Shown: piece by piece, positions 25,475 through 38,509 of the stretch
How positions within the stretch are numbered: position 1 is the first letter of the stretch
Layout: each line of letters begins with the position of its first letter
Source of the DNA: Chiloscyllium plagiosum
Taxonomy: Eukaryota
NCBI RefSeq assembly: GCF_004010195.1
Contig: NC_057718.1
Coordinates: 6,949,579-7,013,578, forward strand
Length of the DNA: 64,000 nt
Direction: 5' to 3'
Translations under genes and position numbers: made by a program
Notes under the pieces: generated by a model
Databases searched by the model: none
Told to the model about the DNA's origin: nothing
The model's input: the letters and a program-made list of their open reading frames with translations, nothing else

Positions 25475-26345
25475 TCATAGACTCATAGGTGTTTTCTGCA
25501 CAGAGGTAGGTCATTTGGCCCATCATGTCTGCGCCAGTCAACAAAGATCTAACTACACTATTCTCATTTTCCAGCTTTTGGTTCATAGCTGTGGAAGCCA
25601 TGGAAAGGCAAGTGGATATCTAAATGCTGCTTAAAAGAGTTTCTGACTCGATTATCCTTTCAGGCAGTGAGTTCCAGACTCTCACCAGCCTCTGAGTGAT
25701 AAAACATTATCCCTAACTCTCCTCTCAGCCTTCTACTCTTACCTTACATTTTTGCTTTCTTGTTTTTGAACAGTGCTAATCTATCCATCTTGTCTATGAT
25801 GCTCAGTATCTGATACACCTCCATTTGGTACTTTCTCAATTTTCACTTCAACATCTCCAGCCTATCCAATCTTAACTTCCGGGGAAGTCCCTCCAGCCCA
25901 GGAAACATCCTGGTGCACCCTCTCCATCAGGCGATCACATTCTTCCTATAAGATGGTAGACAGAACTGCGCACAGTATTCCAGCTATGGCCCAACCAGCA
26001 TTTTATACAGTTCCAGTATAATATTCTTGCTCTTGTATTGAATGCCTCTGCCAGTAACAGCAAATATCCATATGCTTTCTTTAGCAACTTATCTACCTAC
26101 CCTGCTCCCTTCAGCGATCTGTAGATTTGCACACCAAGGTCTTTCTTCTCTTTAGTACTGTCCAGGGTCCCAACATCCATAGCATAATCATTTTTCCTTG
26201 TCTTCCCAAAGTGCTTCCCACTTTCCCAAGCTGAGTTCCATTTTCCATTGTTCTGTCCAGCTGACCAGTCCATTGTTATCCTTATGCAGTTAATGACTAT
26301 CCTCTTCACTATTTACCATTCTATCAATTTTTGTGCTGTCTATAA
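25475..26345 (-). mobile_element. CR1 RT/3' fragment
   Basis: KDLGVQIYRSLKGAG; gaactgcgcacagtattccag. Confidence 0.8.
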
Positions 26346-26639
26346 AGTTCATGATTATGCTCCTTACTTTTCTACAGTGCTGATGCTGCCTCTTCCACTT
26401 CCTTTGGGTATAATCCTGTTTAGTCATGTAATTCTCTGTTCCTTCCGAGGTATTCTTTACCCTTGTCTGTGCTGAACTCCTGACATACTGAAATACACCA
26501 TGTAACAATGTAACAAGATCTGGACTGAAAATTGACAAGTAATATTCACGCTATACAAACACTAGATAATGACCATCTCCAATAAGAGACAATCTAACCA
26601 TTGCCTCTTGATGTTCATTGGGATTTGAGTTGGGTTTCA

Positions 26640-26835
26640 GAGTGAAGTGCTGGAAAAGCACAGCAGTTCAGGCAGCATCAGAGGAGCAGGAGAATCGACG
26701 TTTCAGGCAAAAGCCCTTCATCAGGAAGCCCTTCATTGATTCGCCTGCTCTTCGTGTGCTGCCTGACCTGCTGTGTTTTTCCAGCATCACATTCTCAACT
26801 CCAATCTCCAGCATCTGCAGTCCTCACTTTCATCT
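26640..26835. mobile_element. Palindromic Penelope-end derivative with minus-strand hammerhead motif (26697-26724)
   Basis: CTGATGA-A-GGGC-TTTT-GCCT-GAAAC-GTC; inverted arms. Confidence 0.8.
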
Positions 26836-26957
26836 AGTTCTTTGGGATTTACTGAATCCACCACTGTCAATATCCTGGAAGTTATCATTAACCAGAAACT
26901 GAACGAGACTAACCATATAACTACTGAAGCAGGTCAGAGGGCAGGAATACTGCACGG

Positions 26958-27835
26958 AACATAGAAAAAACAGCAGTACAGTACAGGAACAGGCCCTTCG
27001 GCCCACCATGGCTGTGCTAAGCATGAAGCCATTCTAATCTATTCCCATCTGCCTGCACATAGCCTATATCCATCTATTCCCTGTCAGTCCATGTGTCTGT
27101 CTAAATGCCTCTTAAGCATTGCTATTGTATCTGCTTCTCCGACCTCCCCAGGCAGCATGTTCCTCTGTGTAAAACACTAACCTCACATGTCTCCTTTAAA
27201 CCTTGCTCCTCCCACCTTAAACCTACGCCCTCCCCCCCCCCCCACCGAGTATTTGACATTTATACCCTGGGAGAAACATTCTGACTATCCAACCTAACCA
27301 TCCTTCTTATAATTTTATCTATTTCTATCAGGTCACCCCTCATTCTCTGACACTCGAGCAAAAATAATCCAACCTCTCCTTATAGCTAATATACTCTGAT
27401 AAACCTCCTCTGCACCCTTTCCAAAGCCTCCGCATCCTTTCTATATTGTGGCAACCAGAACTGTACACAATTCTCCAAATGTGGCCCAACTAAAGCTTTG
27501 AATATCTGCAACATGACTTGCTAATTGTTATACCTTAATGCCCTGAATGATAAAGGTAGGCATGCTGTATGCCTTCTTTACCACCTTATCTATTTGTGTT
27601 GCCACCTTCAGGGAGCTATGGATTTGCAACGCAAGGTCCCTCTGTATATCAAATACTTCTAAGGGTCCTGACATGTACAATATACTTTCCTCTTGCATTT
27701 AAATAGATCACCTCACACTTATCCACATTAAACTCCGTCTGCCATTTCGCCACCCAAATTTCCAATTGATCTATATCCTTTGACAACCCTTCCTCACTAT
27801 CCACAATTCCACCAACTTTCATCTCATCTGCAAAT
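26958..27835 (-). mobile_element. CR1 RT/3' fragment
   Basis: FADEMKVGGIVDSEEG...WQTEFNVDKCEV. Confidence 0.88.
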
Positions 27836-27875
27836 GAGTCTGATTGAATGGTAAACTTGCTCACCACATTGTAAC

Positions 27876-28067
27876 TGTTATGAAGGTGTAGAGGTGTACT
27901 GTACCTTTAAGAGAGTTGAAGAGCTAGCAAGGACTGACAAAGCATAGAGTCCTGAACAAGGGAACAATGTAAGCCTTGGTCAAAACAAATAGCAGCAGCT
28001 GGGTTGCCATGAAGAAAAAATAAATTCAAATTTTGCCAATCAGTTTAAATTATGCTCCAAAATGCCA
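27876..28067 (+). mobile_element. Truncated LTR-like segment
   Basis: Begins TGTTATGAAG..gtactgtacctttaagagag; no CA end seen. Confidence 0.4.
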
Positions 28068-28074
28068 CGACACA

Positions 28075-28845
28075 CAACAGGCCACAACACGCTGCCACAC
28101 CCAGGAACTATGAGCAACAGAAGAAAAATACCTATATAGCATTTTCAAGAAGAATGGGTATCCAAAAAACACAGCCTGCCAATTCCTAAACAGCAAACCC
28201 AAACAAGCAGACACAATGCACCCAGGAACTCTAGCCACATTACCTTACAGCAAAGACATCTCGGAAATGACTACCAGACTACTCTGACCCCTTGGCATCA
28301 TGGTAGACCATAAACCTACCAACACACTTAAACAGCAGCTGATGAACCTAAAGGACCCTATACAAACAACCAGAAAAGCTAATGTATTTTACAAATGACC
28401 ATGCAAGGACTATAACAAACACTGCATCGGACAGACAAGCAGAACACCAGCCACCAGGATACATGAACATCAACTAGCCACTAGCCAAAGACATGACCCA
28501 CTATCACTGGTATCCATACATACAGACAAGGAAGGACACCATTTCAATGGGAACAATGCATTCATCCTAGGACAGGCCAAACAGAGACAGGCACAGGAAT
28601 CCCTAGAGGCCTTGCATTGAAACCGGAACTCCATCAATGAACACATTGATTTGGACTCCATTTACCCAACCTCTGAGAAAAAGAATCGGAAATGATATCA
28701 CTCACCTTAACAGACCAAGACACATTAATTGAAAGCGGTACATGACACCAGCACTTCACCAGAAACTCACTGATGATTTTACCCAGCACAGTGATGATAT
28801 ATCTGAGAACAAACCTTCCAGCTCAACGAGCAACCTTACAACCAG
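28075..28845 (+). mobile_element. Penelope (Poseidon-type) RT thumb, GIY-YIG and 3' end
   Basis: FKKNGYPKN, TLPYSKDISEMTTRLL, HKPTNTLKQQLMNLKDP, IGQTSR, RIHEHQLA. Confidence 0.9.
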
Positions 28846-28847
28846 AC

Positions 28848-29338
28848 AGGATATTATTAAGTTCGAGAAGGTTCAGAAAAGACTTAGCAGCATGTTGCCA
28901 GGACTGGAGGGTTTGGGTTATAATGACAGGCTGGATAGGCTGGGACATCTTTCACTGGAGGGTAGAAGGTTGAGGGGTGATGTTATACAAGTTTATAAAA
29001 TCATGAGGGGTATAGAGAAGGTGAATTGCAGGTGCTTTTCCCCAGGGTGGGGGCCTTCAAGACTAGGGGTCATATTTTTAAGGTGAGACGAGAAAGATTT
29101 CAAATAGACATGAGGGGCAAACGTTTCACCCGCAGAGTGGTTTGTGCCCAGAATGAGCATCCAGAGGAAATGGTGGATATGGGTATGGTTACAATATTTA
29201 AAAGACATTTGGATAAGTACATGAATAAGAAATGTTTGGAAGGATATGGGCCAAGAGTGGGGAGGTGGGACTAGTTTTGTTTGGGATTATGTTTGGACCG
29301 AAGAGTCTGTTTCCGTGCTGTATGAATCGGTGACTCTA
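28848..29338 (+). mobile_element. CR1/HER1 3' end
   Basis: EKVQKRLSSMLPGLEGLGYNDRLDRLG. Confidence 0.9.
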
Positions 29339-29626
29339 CAGGGACTGAATACCTGAACAGGAAGGAACTGACTGACCTGTGTTACAAGTTCCACGGGGAG
29401 GCTCACCTGCTGACACTTCTGGGCAGCAACTATTATGACCAGGTAAACTTTCAGGAGTTTAAAGAAGGATTTATTGCACCTCAGAAGGTCAGAGCAGTTA
29501 GTTAGAGCCAGCCACCCCAGAGGAGCTTGAGCCAAACTACATCAGGAGAGTTAAGCAATATGGCTGCTGATCTCTCTGCAAATTTGTGGATTGTGAGGCA
29601 GAAACTGCAAATGATTTAAAGGAATA
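29332..29626 (+). pseudogene. NINL: Processed pseudogene fragment of ninein-like protein (N-terminal EF-hand region)
   Basis: Manual translation DSTGTEYLNRKELTDLCYKFHGEAHLLTLLGSNYYDQVNFQEFKEGFIA, then after a frameshift SS*LEPATPEELEPNYIRRVKQYGC*S; matches remembered NINL [52 protein letters not shown].YGRRS. Confidence 0.85.
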
Positions 29627-29662
29627 ATTTTGTTCTCAGGCAACAAAAGATGTAAAAGGTGA

Positions 29663-29900
29663 ACTGACTGTGTGGAGTTTGCACATTCTCCCCGTGTCTG
29701 CGTGGGTTTCCTCCGGGTGCTCCGGTTTCCTCCCACAGCCCAAAGATGTGGAGGTTAGGTAAATTGGCCATGCTAAATTGCCCGTAGTGTTAGGGGCAGG
29801 GGTGAATGTAGGGGAATGGGTCTGGGTGGGTTGCGCTTCGGTGGGTCGGTGTGGACCTTTTGGGCCGAAGGGCCTGTTTCCACACTGTGAGTGATCTAAC
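29663..29900 (+). mobile_element. HE1/V-SINE, 5'-truncated, young
   Basis: CpG-intact V core and tail. Confidence 0.92.
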
Positions 29901-29984
29901 TGTTCACACAAAGTACCAACAGAAGTATCTTGAGACTCTCAGTATCTCTTGAGAGTCTAGACAGCCTCAAATCTGATCAAGAGC

Positions 29985-30490
29985 TTGTGCATGATAAGGA
30001 ATACTGCAGTGAGTAACTCACCTCCGGACTCCCTAAAGCCTTTCCCATCATCCACAAGGCACAAGTCAGGAGTGTGATGGAATACTCCCCACTTGCCTGT
30101 GTGGGTGCAGCACCAACAACACTCAAGAAGCTTTATATCATCCAGGATTAATTGACACCACTTTCACAAACAACCACTCCCTCCACCACCAATGGCCAGT
30201 CGCAGCAGTGTTTACCATCTACAAGATGCACTGCAGAAATTCACCAAAGATCGTTAGACAGCCACTTTCTAAACTCATGATTTCTTCCATCTAGAAGGAC
30301 AGGGCAGTATAGGAATGCCACTACCTGCAACGTCCCCTCCAAGCCACTCAGAATGTCTAAAGGCATTGTGGGTTTAATATCACCAAATGGACTACAGCAG
30401 TTCAAGAAGGCAGCTCATTACTACCTTCTCAAGGGCACCTAGGGATGGACAATAAATGTTGGCCCAGTCAGTGATGCCCATATCTAAGAG
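29985..30490 (+). mobile_element. LINE family 2, 3' fragment
   Basis: KAQVRSVMEYSPLACVGAAPTTLKKL. Confidence 0.85.
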
Positions 30491-30607
30491 ATTTTTTTTT
30501 AAAAGCTACTAGCAAGGCAAATATTATGAAGTTATCTTTTGATGCCCTGATGCCTCATTATGAGTGAATTCAACCATCTCCATGAGCAAGAAGTAACTGA
30601 AGAAGAA

Positions 30608-30920
30608 CAGCACCAGGGACCCAGGTTCAATTCCTACCTCGGGCGACTGTGTGGAGTTTGCACATCCGCTGCGTGTCAGCATAGATTTCTTTCAGGTGCT
30701 CTGGTTTCCTCCTAAATCCAAAGACATGCAGATTAGGTGAATTGGTCATGCTAAATTGTCCATAATGTTCAGGGAAGTGTAGGTTAGGTGCATTAGTCGG
30801 GGTAAATATGGAGTAATAGGGTATGGCAATGGGTCTGGGTGAGTTACTCTTCAGAGGGTCAGAGTGAATGTGTTGGGCCAAAGGGCCTGCTTCCACACTG
30901 CGTAGGGATTGTAATAATTC
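30608..30920 (+). mobile_element. HE1/V-SINE
   Basis: B box, V core and tail. Confidence 0.88.
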
Positions 30921-32433
30921 ATAACAGGAGGTGGCTAATGATGAGTATTTGGGCCTTTCACAGGTAGCTGGGTAGGGTTGACAGAGATGTTGTTGGTACA
31001 GTCAACCAGTGAAGGGTGGAATCAAAGAGAAGCTAATCCATTGACCTGGCCAATAAAGGAAGGCCTAAAAGGAGAATGGTGGGGGAAAATGAAAAAATGC
31101 CATTACCATCGTTGCCATAATGAGGCCATTTTGAGGTGATTGGAGAGACTCAAGTTGAAGTTATGAGAAAGATGCGCTCTGAATGATCACAGAGCTGACA
31201 TGAGAGTGCAGGAGGAGGACATTCAGCCTATCATTTAACCAAGTTCATGAACATTGAAGATGCCAGGGAAGTCAGCGTGGCTTTATTGGTAAGGGAGTTA
31301 ATTATAGGGATTTTGTAAAGTGGGAAACATTTACAATGTCAGATGGCAAGTACTTTCTGCTTGATTGCAGGTATTATTGAGCAAGAGTTGTCTTGCCCTC
31401 TGATGGCGATCACGAGAGAACTGCAGCCTTTGAGACAATCCCAGCAGCAAAGGGATAGGTTATTGGAGTGATCCAAAAACACATTTTTCCTTTTACACTA
31501 ATCCATCCGAAAATATTATCACCTGTTAATGTTTCAAGGAGTTCAGGAATTCACACAATATCCCATTTACGAAGAATAGGCTGCCAGTTTCTACCAGGGA
31601 TATAAACGTCGCTGGTCACACCTCTCTGTTGGAGATTAGCTCCATCTCTCCAATACATCGTTGACAATGAGTGGATACCATCCCAGATCTCATCAAGGCT
31701 CCTACCCTCTTAAAAACACAGAGTAGCTGTCAGTTTAGCCAACTTAAAACCAACTCACAACAAAGGCAAAGTAACAGAACAGTAACAAGTATCTGTGAAA
31801 GCACCATGTCAGAATATCCTCAAAAATAATGGCTGAGGAGTAACTGAGAGAAATCAAGCACTTGGCCCACAGTTTTGAATATTCTGACATTCCTTAAGTA
31901 CTTCAAGTATTTTTCAAAGGTTGTGAGGAGGATGGTGGTGCAAACTGCAGCAAGATTTAACATTTCAGTGAGAAGGAGATCATAAGATAGGTCCGCTCCA
32001 TTCAGGAGAGAATGCAGCTGATATTTAATCTGGATCCCATCAAAAGGCAGCTGGCTGGTGACACCAACCAAGAGGTGACAAGAAAGTCAGCAGCCAGCAG
32101 CAGTTAAAGTCCTCCTGACTCATATTCTCTGATTCAGAGCAAGGAGAGGAAGCGACCTAGCATTCGACTGGGGTGAAGGTGTAAACGAACACTCAATGGT
32201 GAGGTGCAGGCAGATTGCTGAAAACAGTAAGCTCACACTCCCTTCACCTCATGCCTCCTCTGAGCAAGATATTTGCCCACTGTATTTCTAAAGGGGCTAT
32301 TGACGTTGCTTTATCTGCGACTCCATTCCATGTACTCCAAGCTCTATCAGAAGCAGTTTTCAGCTTGAGTCTCAAAGCAGGGTTGTTAATTTTATGTTAA
32401 ACTCTTCAAGGTCTGCACTCACGGTCCAAATTA

Positions 32434-32641
32434 TAAAGTTAAAAATCACACAACACCAGGTTATAGTCCAACAGGTTTAATTGGAAGCACACTAGCTTTC
32501 AGAGCGACGTCCCCTCATCAGGTGGTAGTGAAGGACTGTCGCTCCGAAAGCTAGTGCTTCCAATTAAACCTGTTGGACTATAACCTGGTGTTGTGTGATT
32601 TTTAACTATGTACACCCCAGTCCAACACCGGCATCTCCAAA
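32434..32641. mobile_element. Palindromic Penelope-end element with 9-bp TSD
   Basis: aaaaatcacacaacaccaggttatagtccaacaggtttaattggaagcac and its reverse complement; tccaaatta at 32425-32433 and 32642-32650. Confidence 0.9.
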
Positions 32642-32794
32642 TCCAAATTACAGACTATCTGCAGTTCACATTAGTCTTTCATTATAAAACATTCCCTCAC
32701 ATCCCATGCACTAATGTCCTCGGGTCTAGGTAACTACCCACCCCGCCCTAAGTGTGACTCCACATAAACTGTTCCTGGTTGTTTAAGGTAGATT

Positions 32795-33190
32795 ATAAAA
32801 TCATACAGTAAGGAAAAGGTCCTTTGGTTCATTGAGTCTGTACTGCCAAACCTACACCAAATCTACACCAGTTCCACTTTCCAGCACTTGGTCCATAGCT
32901 TTGAAGATTATGACATTTCAAATGCTCATCTAAGTACTTTTTAAAGGTTGTGAGGATTCCCGCCGCAACCATCCTCCCAGGCAGTTAGGATGGGAGCTGG
33001 GAATCTAGAATCCCACTATCCTTTGAGTGAAGGATTCATTCCTCAAATCCCCTGTCAACCTTCTGCCTTTCATCTTAAAATTGTGCCCCACATTGTTGCT
33101 CCATTGACAAAGGGGAGCAGTTACTTTCTCTCCATCCTGTCTACACTCCTCCAAATCATACACACGTCTGGCTTCTCTGCTCCAAAATAT
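32795..33190 (-). mobile_element. CR1 3' fragment, old
   Basis: Decayed CR1 tail pattern. Confidence 0.65.
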
Positions 33191-33714
33191 TCTTAAATAC
33201 TGCGCTAAGGGTGACTGTGTTGAGAGGGAGAGAGAGAGTGGGGGGGAGGGGCATCGTTGGATAACGGCATCATTGTGGCTTTAACTGGTAAAGAGAGAGA
33301 GAGAGACAGAGAGAGAAAGACCATATAGCAACAAGAACAAACAAGACGAGAGAGGGAGTGAGTGCGAGGGAGGGTACTTGCAAACCAAAAGTCCAGAAGT
33401 GTGAAAGAAACTATTTGTGTTACTGTTGTCCTAATCTTGGCACAAGTAGAGTAATCCACATTAAACTGTAAATACCCAGGTTTATAGACATCATTTACCT
33501 GAGTGTTTAATAAGCTTGTCCTGACTTTACCCCAATAAAGTCAGTTCTCCATAAAGATTTGCAGTCAAGCCCTGTCTTGCCTAAAAGGGTGCATGACCTC
33601 ACAAGTTCTTGCACTCTATTCCAAAGCACCTTTAATACAAGCTGCTTCATGGGTGAAAAGTAAGAAAACAAACTGAAGCCAGGCCAAAGAAGGAGACCTT
33701 AGGGCAGGTAAGTA

Positions 33715-34010
33715 AGAGGGCTGGCTGAAGGATTCGAACTTAAGAAGTATTTTCAAGGAGGAAGGAAAGAAGGAAGAAGAGGCTTCAAGAGAGAATTCCA
33801 GAAGACAGGCTCTCAAGGGATATCCACCAGTGGGAGACAAGGGAAATCAGGAGTTGATTCAGAAGCCAAGATTGGACAGATGTCATGATCGCAGAATGTC
33901 GTCGGGCTGGAGGAGTTACCGAGAGTGGTAAGGGGAAAGCCAATGAACTGAGCTCAATAGGGGAATAATCATTTTAAAATCAAGGTATCTCTGAGAAACA
34001 AGCATTCAGC
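33715..34010 (-). mobile_element. Old L2-like LINE relic
   Basis: gagagaattccaga..gggctggaggagttac..attttaaaatcaagg. Confidence 0.5.
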
Positions 34011-34239
34011 AATCAAGCAGTCAGAAGAGGGCATTTTCCGTGCAAAATATCCTCCTCCCAACTGAAAACCACAGGTGGAACAAAACCCAGCAAACTTCGG
34101 ATCAATTTGTTTCTTTTTGGATAACCATCATCAGTTGATGCTGAACCACCATTCTGAGCTGTGGATCCTACACTAGCATCAGCACATTTCATCTTAGATG
34201 GGACCATTCCACTGGCTCAAGAATTAGCTTGTAAAATAA

Positions 34240-34550
34240 AGCAAAGGCTTGTATTCATAGAGTGCTTTATGCATTGCTGGAATGTCTCAAAGTGCTTTAC
34301 AGCCAGTTAAACATATTTTGAAGTGTAGTCATTGATGTTCTATAGGAATCAGGCAGCCAATTTTCAGATAGCAAACAGTAATTTCTATTTCGTTTAGGAT
34401 CGTGGTTGAGAGCCAGTATTCCAGGAAGAAATCCCCTGCACTTCTTCACATTTGTGCTGTGGAATCTTTTATAGCCATCAGAGTGATTAGACAGGGGCTT
34501 CATCCAAAGGGTGGGGCCTACAGCAATACAGAACTCCCTCTGAAACTGAG
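34240..34550 (-). mobile_element. DeuSINE relic
   Basis: caaagtgctttacagcca..ttttgaagtgtagtcattg..ggcagccaatt. Confidence 0.7.
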
Positions 34551-34687
34551 TACAAACCTTTCTCAAACAGAGAAGCTGGAGCTACTGGTCAAACTGTAGC
34601 TAAATGCTCACTGTCATCAACAGGCAATGCACCCCTTTAATCACCAGACTAACTGATCAATCATTAACCACAACGCAGGAGCAAATT

Positions 34688-34870
34688 ATCGCAGATACTG
34701 GAATCTGTTCTGAAAACAAAAAAATGCTGGAGATCACAGCGGGTCAGGCAGCATCTATGGAGACAGAGCAAACTAATATTTTGAGTCTAGATGATTCTTC
34801 AGCTGATGAAGAGTCTCTCCAAGGATGCTGCCTGACCTGCTGCAATCTCCAGCATTTTTTTGTTTTCAGT
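34688..34870. mobile_element. Palindromic Penelope-end derivative
   Basis: ctgaaaacaaaaaaatgctggagat pairs with atctccagcatttttttgttttcag; central ctgatgaagagtc. Confidence 0.8.
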
Positions 34871-35204
34871 GATCAATCATTCTCATTGCCCTGAAGAACC
34901 ATCACCCTATGCCCCTGTAATGTTGGTTTACCAAGCAGATCACAAAAGGTTGGTTTGGTTCCTAGCTTCTGTCACTATGTCTGGAACTTCAGAGTCCCCT
35001 TATCTTCAGAAAGGCCACATTTACTGCCCCATCTCAGTCAACCTCAATGCAAATGAGACTTGCCAAGTGCATATGGTACAGTGTTGATTGCAACGTAGTG
35101 GTTTTAGATCAAATGTCTCCAGTTTTGAAATCAAATTCAGTAAATCTAAGGTAGCATCAGAAATTCAGGTTAGTGTTAACAGTTTGAGAGGTAATACATA
35201 CAAC

Positions 35205-36241
35205 ATAGAATCCCCTACACTGTGGAAACTGGTCATTCAGCCCAACAAGTCCACACTGACCCTCTGAAGAGTAACCCACCCAGACCCATTCCCCTGCCCT
35301 TTACTCGACATTTCCCCTGACTAATGTACCTCACCTCCACATCCCTGAACACTATGCTCAATTTAGCATGGACAAGGACAGAACGCCCCTGGTGCTCACC
35401 TTCCACCCTACCAACCTTCGCATAAACCAAATCATCCACCAACATTTCCGCCACCTCTAAACAGACCTCACCACCAGGGATATATTTCCCTCCCCACCCC
35501 TTTCCGCCTTCCACAAAGATCATTCCCTCCGTGACTACCTGGTCAGGTCCACGCCACCTTTAACCCACCCTCCCATCCTGGCACCTTCCCCTGCCACCGC
35601 AGGAATTGCAAAACCTGCGCCCACACCTCGTCCCTCACCTCCATCCAAGGCCCTAAAAGAGCCTTCCACCCTAGATTAATCAAATTTAACCTTGACGGAA
35701 CAATGGACATGATTTTCACTGCTTGGCAACTCCAAGAGAAATGCCAGGAACAATACTAACTGCTTTATGTGGCCTTCATTGGTCCAACCAAGACTTTTGA
35801 CTCAGTCAGTCAAGAGGTGCTATAGAAGACCCAATTGAAGACTGGCTGACCAGTGAAATTCATCAATATCCCCTAATACCTCCATGACAATATTTCAGTG
35901 ATAGTCTTTTCTCCCCACCCCCACCCTCCTCTAGCTTATCTCTCCACACTTCAGGCTCACTGCCTTTATTCCTGATGAAGGGCTTTTGCCCGAAACGTCG
36001 ATTTCGAAGCTCCTTGGATGCTGCCTGAACTGCTGTGCTCTTCCAGAATTTAGCATGGCCAATTCACCTAACCTGCACATTTTTTGGATTGTGGGAGGAA
36101 ACCAGAGCACCCGGAGGAAACCCACGCAGACACAGGGAGAATGTGCAAACTCTACATAGACAGTCACCCAAGGCTGGACTCAAACCCGGGTCCCTGGCAC
36201 TGTGAGGTAGCAGTGCTAACTGCTGAGCCACTGTGCCACCA
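35205..36241 (-). mobile_element. HE1/V-SINE split by a 675-bp insertion
   Basis: Tail 35205-35371, head and core 36047-36241; aatttagcatgg duplicated. Confidence 0.9.
35372..36046 (+). mobile_element. Chimeric Penelope insertion carrying an RTE RT fragment (about 35690-35905) and an intact hammerhead core (35972-35999)
   Basis: KDRTPLVLTFHPTNL..FPCHRRNCKTC (Penelope); GTMDMIFTAWQLQEKCQEQ..LYVAFI..KTFDSV (RTE); CTGATGAAGGGCTTTTGCCCGAAACGTC. Confidence 0.88.
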
Positions 36242-37095
36242 AGGTGATATTGGATCAGGATTCTCTGATTATTAGCCATTAAGGAATGATTGATGTATAA
36301 AAGGTAGCTGAATCCGTACTGTAAATTTACAATCTCACCTGCAACAGGACCATAAGAGAATAAAGAAATTGCATTTATATGGCACATGTTCATGACCCAC
36401 AGGTTGCTGTGGCAAGGTCAGAAACAGTGCCACTTGTTTACCCAGGTCGAGTTCCTGTAAGCCGCAACATAATAAATGATGCCATAATTTGTTTAATGAG
36501 TTTATCTGATCAATTTATCTTTCCTGTCTCAATTCTATGACCTAGAAAGTACACTGGCAGTTGGTCACATGAAATGGATGCCATAATCCTGAATGCTCAT
36601 GCATGTGCATTTATCCAATCTTCTAGAAGGTGGACTGATTAACCATTTAGTGAGCTGAGGCCAGTCATGAATTATCCAGCCGATTTATTTCATGGTCCAT
36701 AATGTAGTAAAGGTTACTCCACCATTCTGGTTGGCTATTGCAAACTTATCCCTTCAACTTCAATTCTGAGTCAATAATTGAGAAGATGAAAAGTCCAGTG
36801 AAAGTGCCACAGGAATAAAGGGTGTTTTCCCATTATTCACTGTTTTTCATGCAAACATTGCTCACCTAATTCAGACCAAGCTTTGAGAACAATAGAGGGC
36901 AAGCATTATTTCTGCCAGATCAGCAGATCCATCTGTGATCTCCTAAGTATTGTCAGTCAATTTTATTGTGGCAACCTTCATCTGTCTATTTGATACTGTT
37001 TCTATCAACACATCATTGGCAATGATAACGGATGACTCCCAATAACTGAAGGAACTGAGCCACAAGATTTGACATCTTAAACAAAGCCAAACTTC

Positions 37096-37370
37096 GGGTG
37101 GCACGGTGGCTACCTCACAGTGCCAGTTAGATCCAGGTTCAGTTCCTGCCTTAGGCAACTGTCTGTATGGAGTTTGTACGTTCTCCCCATGTCTGTGTGG
37201 GTGTGCTCCGGTTTCCTCGCACAGTCCAAAAAAAGTGTGTGCAGGTTAGGTGAATTGGCCATGCTAAATTACCTGTAGTGTTAGATGTAGGGGAATGGGT
37301 CTGGGTGGGTTGCTCTTTGGAGGGTCAGTCTGGGCTGAAGGGCCTGTATCCACACTGTAGGTAATCTAAA
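37096..37370 (+). mobile_element. HE1/V-SINE
   Basis: Head, V core and tail. Confidence 0.88.
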
Positions 37371-37727
37371 AAAAAACTTTATGGTATATAAACAAGGTTC
37401 TGCTAACTTCACTTTATAATTTGTAAAGACTTAGATTTTAAACTCCATTTTACTTTTACTTCTACCATATATACATTTTAAGATCTCAATGGTTCATTCA
37501 CTTCTTCGGGGACTAAACCAAAGCATGCCACAGCTCTCTACAATTCACTTTGGTTTCTCCTCAGTGTTCCACTATTCTCCAAGTTGTGAGATTTCTTGAT
37601 GATCCTTCTACTGGCTTTTGGCCAAGTGACTCTCCAAATTTCCTTCAAGACCTCATGATTGTGGAATCCCCTATTCAAAGCTAGGGCCTCACTGCATTCT
37701 TGCTTTGTGACTTTTAAGATCAAAAAA

Positions 37728-38208
37728 AGATGTTGTGAAACTTGAAATGTTCAGAAAAGATTTATAAGGATGTTGCCAGGGTTGGAGGATTTGAGCTATA
37801 GGGAGAGGCTGAATAGTCTAGGGCTGGTTTCCCTGGAGCATCGGAGGCTGAGGGGTGACCTTATGGACGTTTATAACATCATGAGGGGCATGAATAGGAT
37901 AAACAGACAAAGTCTTTTCCCTGGGGTGGGAGAGTCCAGAACTAGAGGGCATTGATTAACAGTGAGAGGGGAACGATAAAGAAGAGACCTAAGGGGCAAC
38001 GTTTTCATGCAGAGGATGGTAATTGTATGGAATGAGCTGCCAGAGGAAGTGGTGGAGGCTGGTACAATTTAAAAGGCATCTGGATGGGTATATGATAGGA
38101 AGGGTTTGGTGGGATATGGGTCAGGTGCTGGCAGGTGGGACTAGACTGGGTTGGGATATCTGGTCAGCATGAACGGGTTGGGCCGAAGCTGTATGTCTCT
38201 ATGACTCT
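37728..38208 (+). mobile_element. CR1/HER1 3' end
   Basis: MLPGLEDLSYRERLNSLGLVSLEHRRLRGDL. Confidence 0.9.
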
Positions 38209-38509
38209 AAAAGAAACCCTTTTCCTTCTGATTAACCTTTGCTACGATTCCATGGTAGCTTTACAGCTCTCTCTCTATGCCTTCCTGCAATTTTTCCCAA
38301 GCTAACTCTCTGTTCTCTGCAACAAAACAGATAAAAAGCCAAAACAGTACCTCCTCCAAGGTCTATTTCCATAGCAATGTGGCATACTTTGTGATGTTTC
38401 AGGCCAAAATGTAAACTAACCATCTTTTACATTCAAAACAGTGATTCTGTGACCCACAGGAATAATTCATATCTGTAATTGGAGAAATGGTTCTCTTTTC
38501 AGACTTGAT

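Noticed and set aside
29332..29442. Functional NINL exon ending at CAG|GTAAAC
   Set aside because: The apparent donor is the next codons (VNF); homology continues and then shows a frameshift and stops.
34013..34207. 64-aa minus ORF MVPSKMKC...
   Set aside because: No recognisable domain or convincing splice or promoter context.
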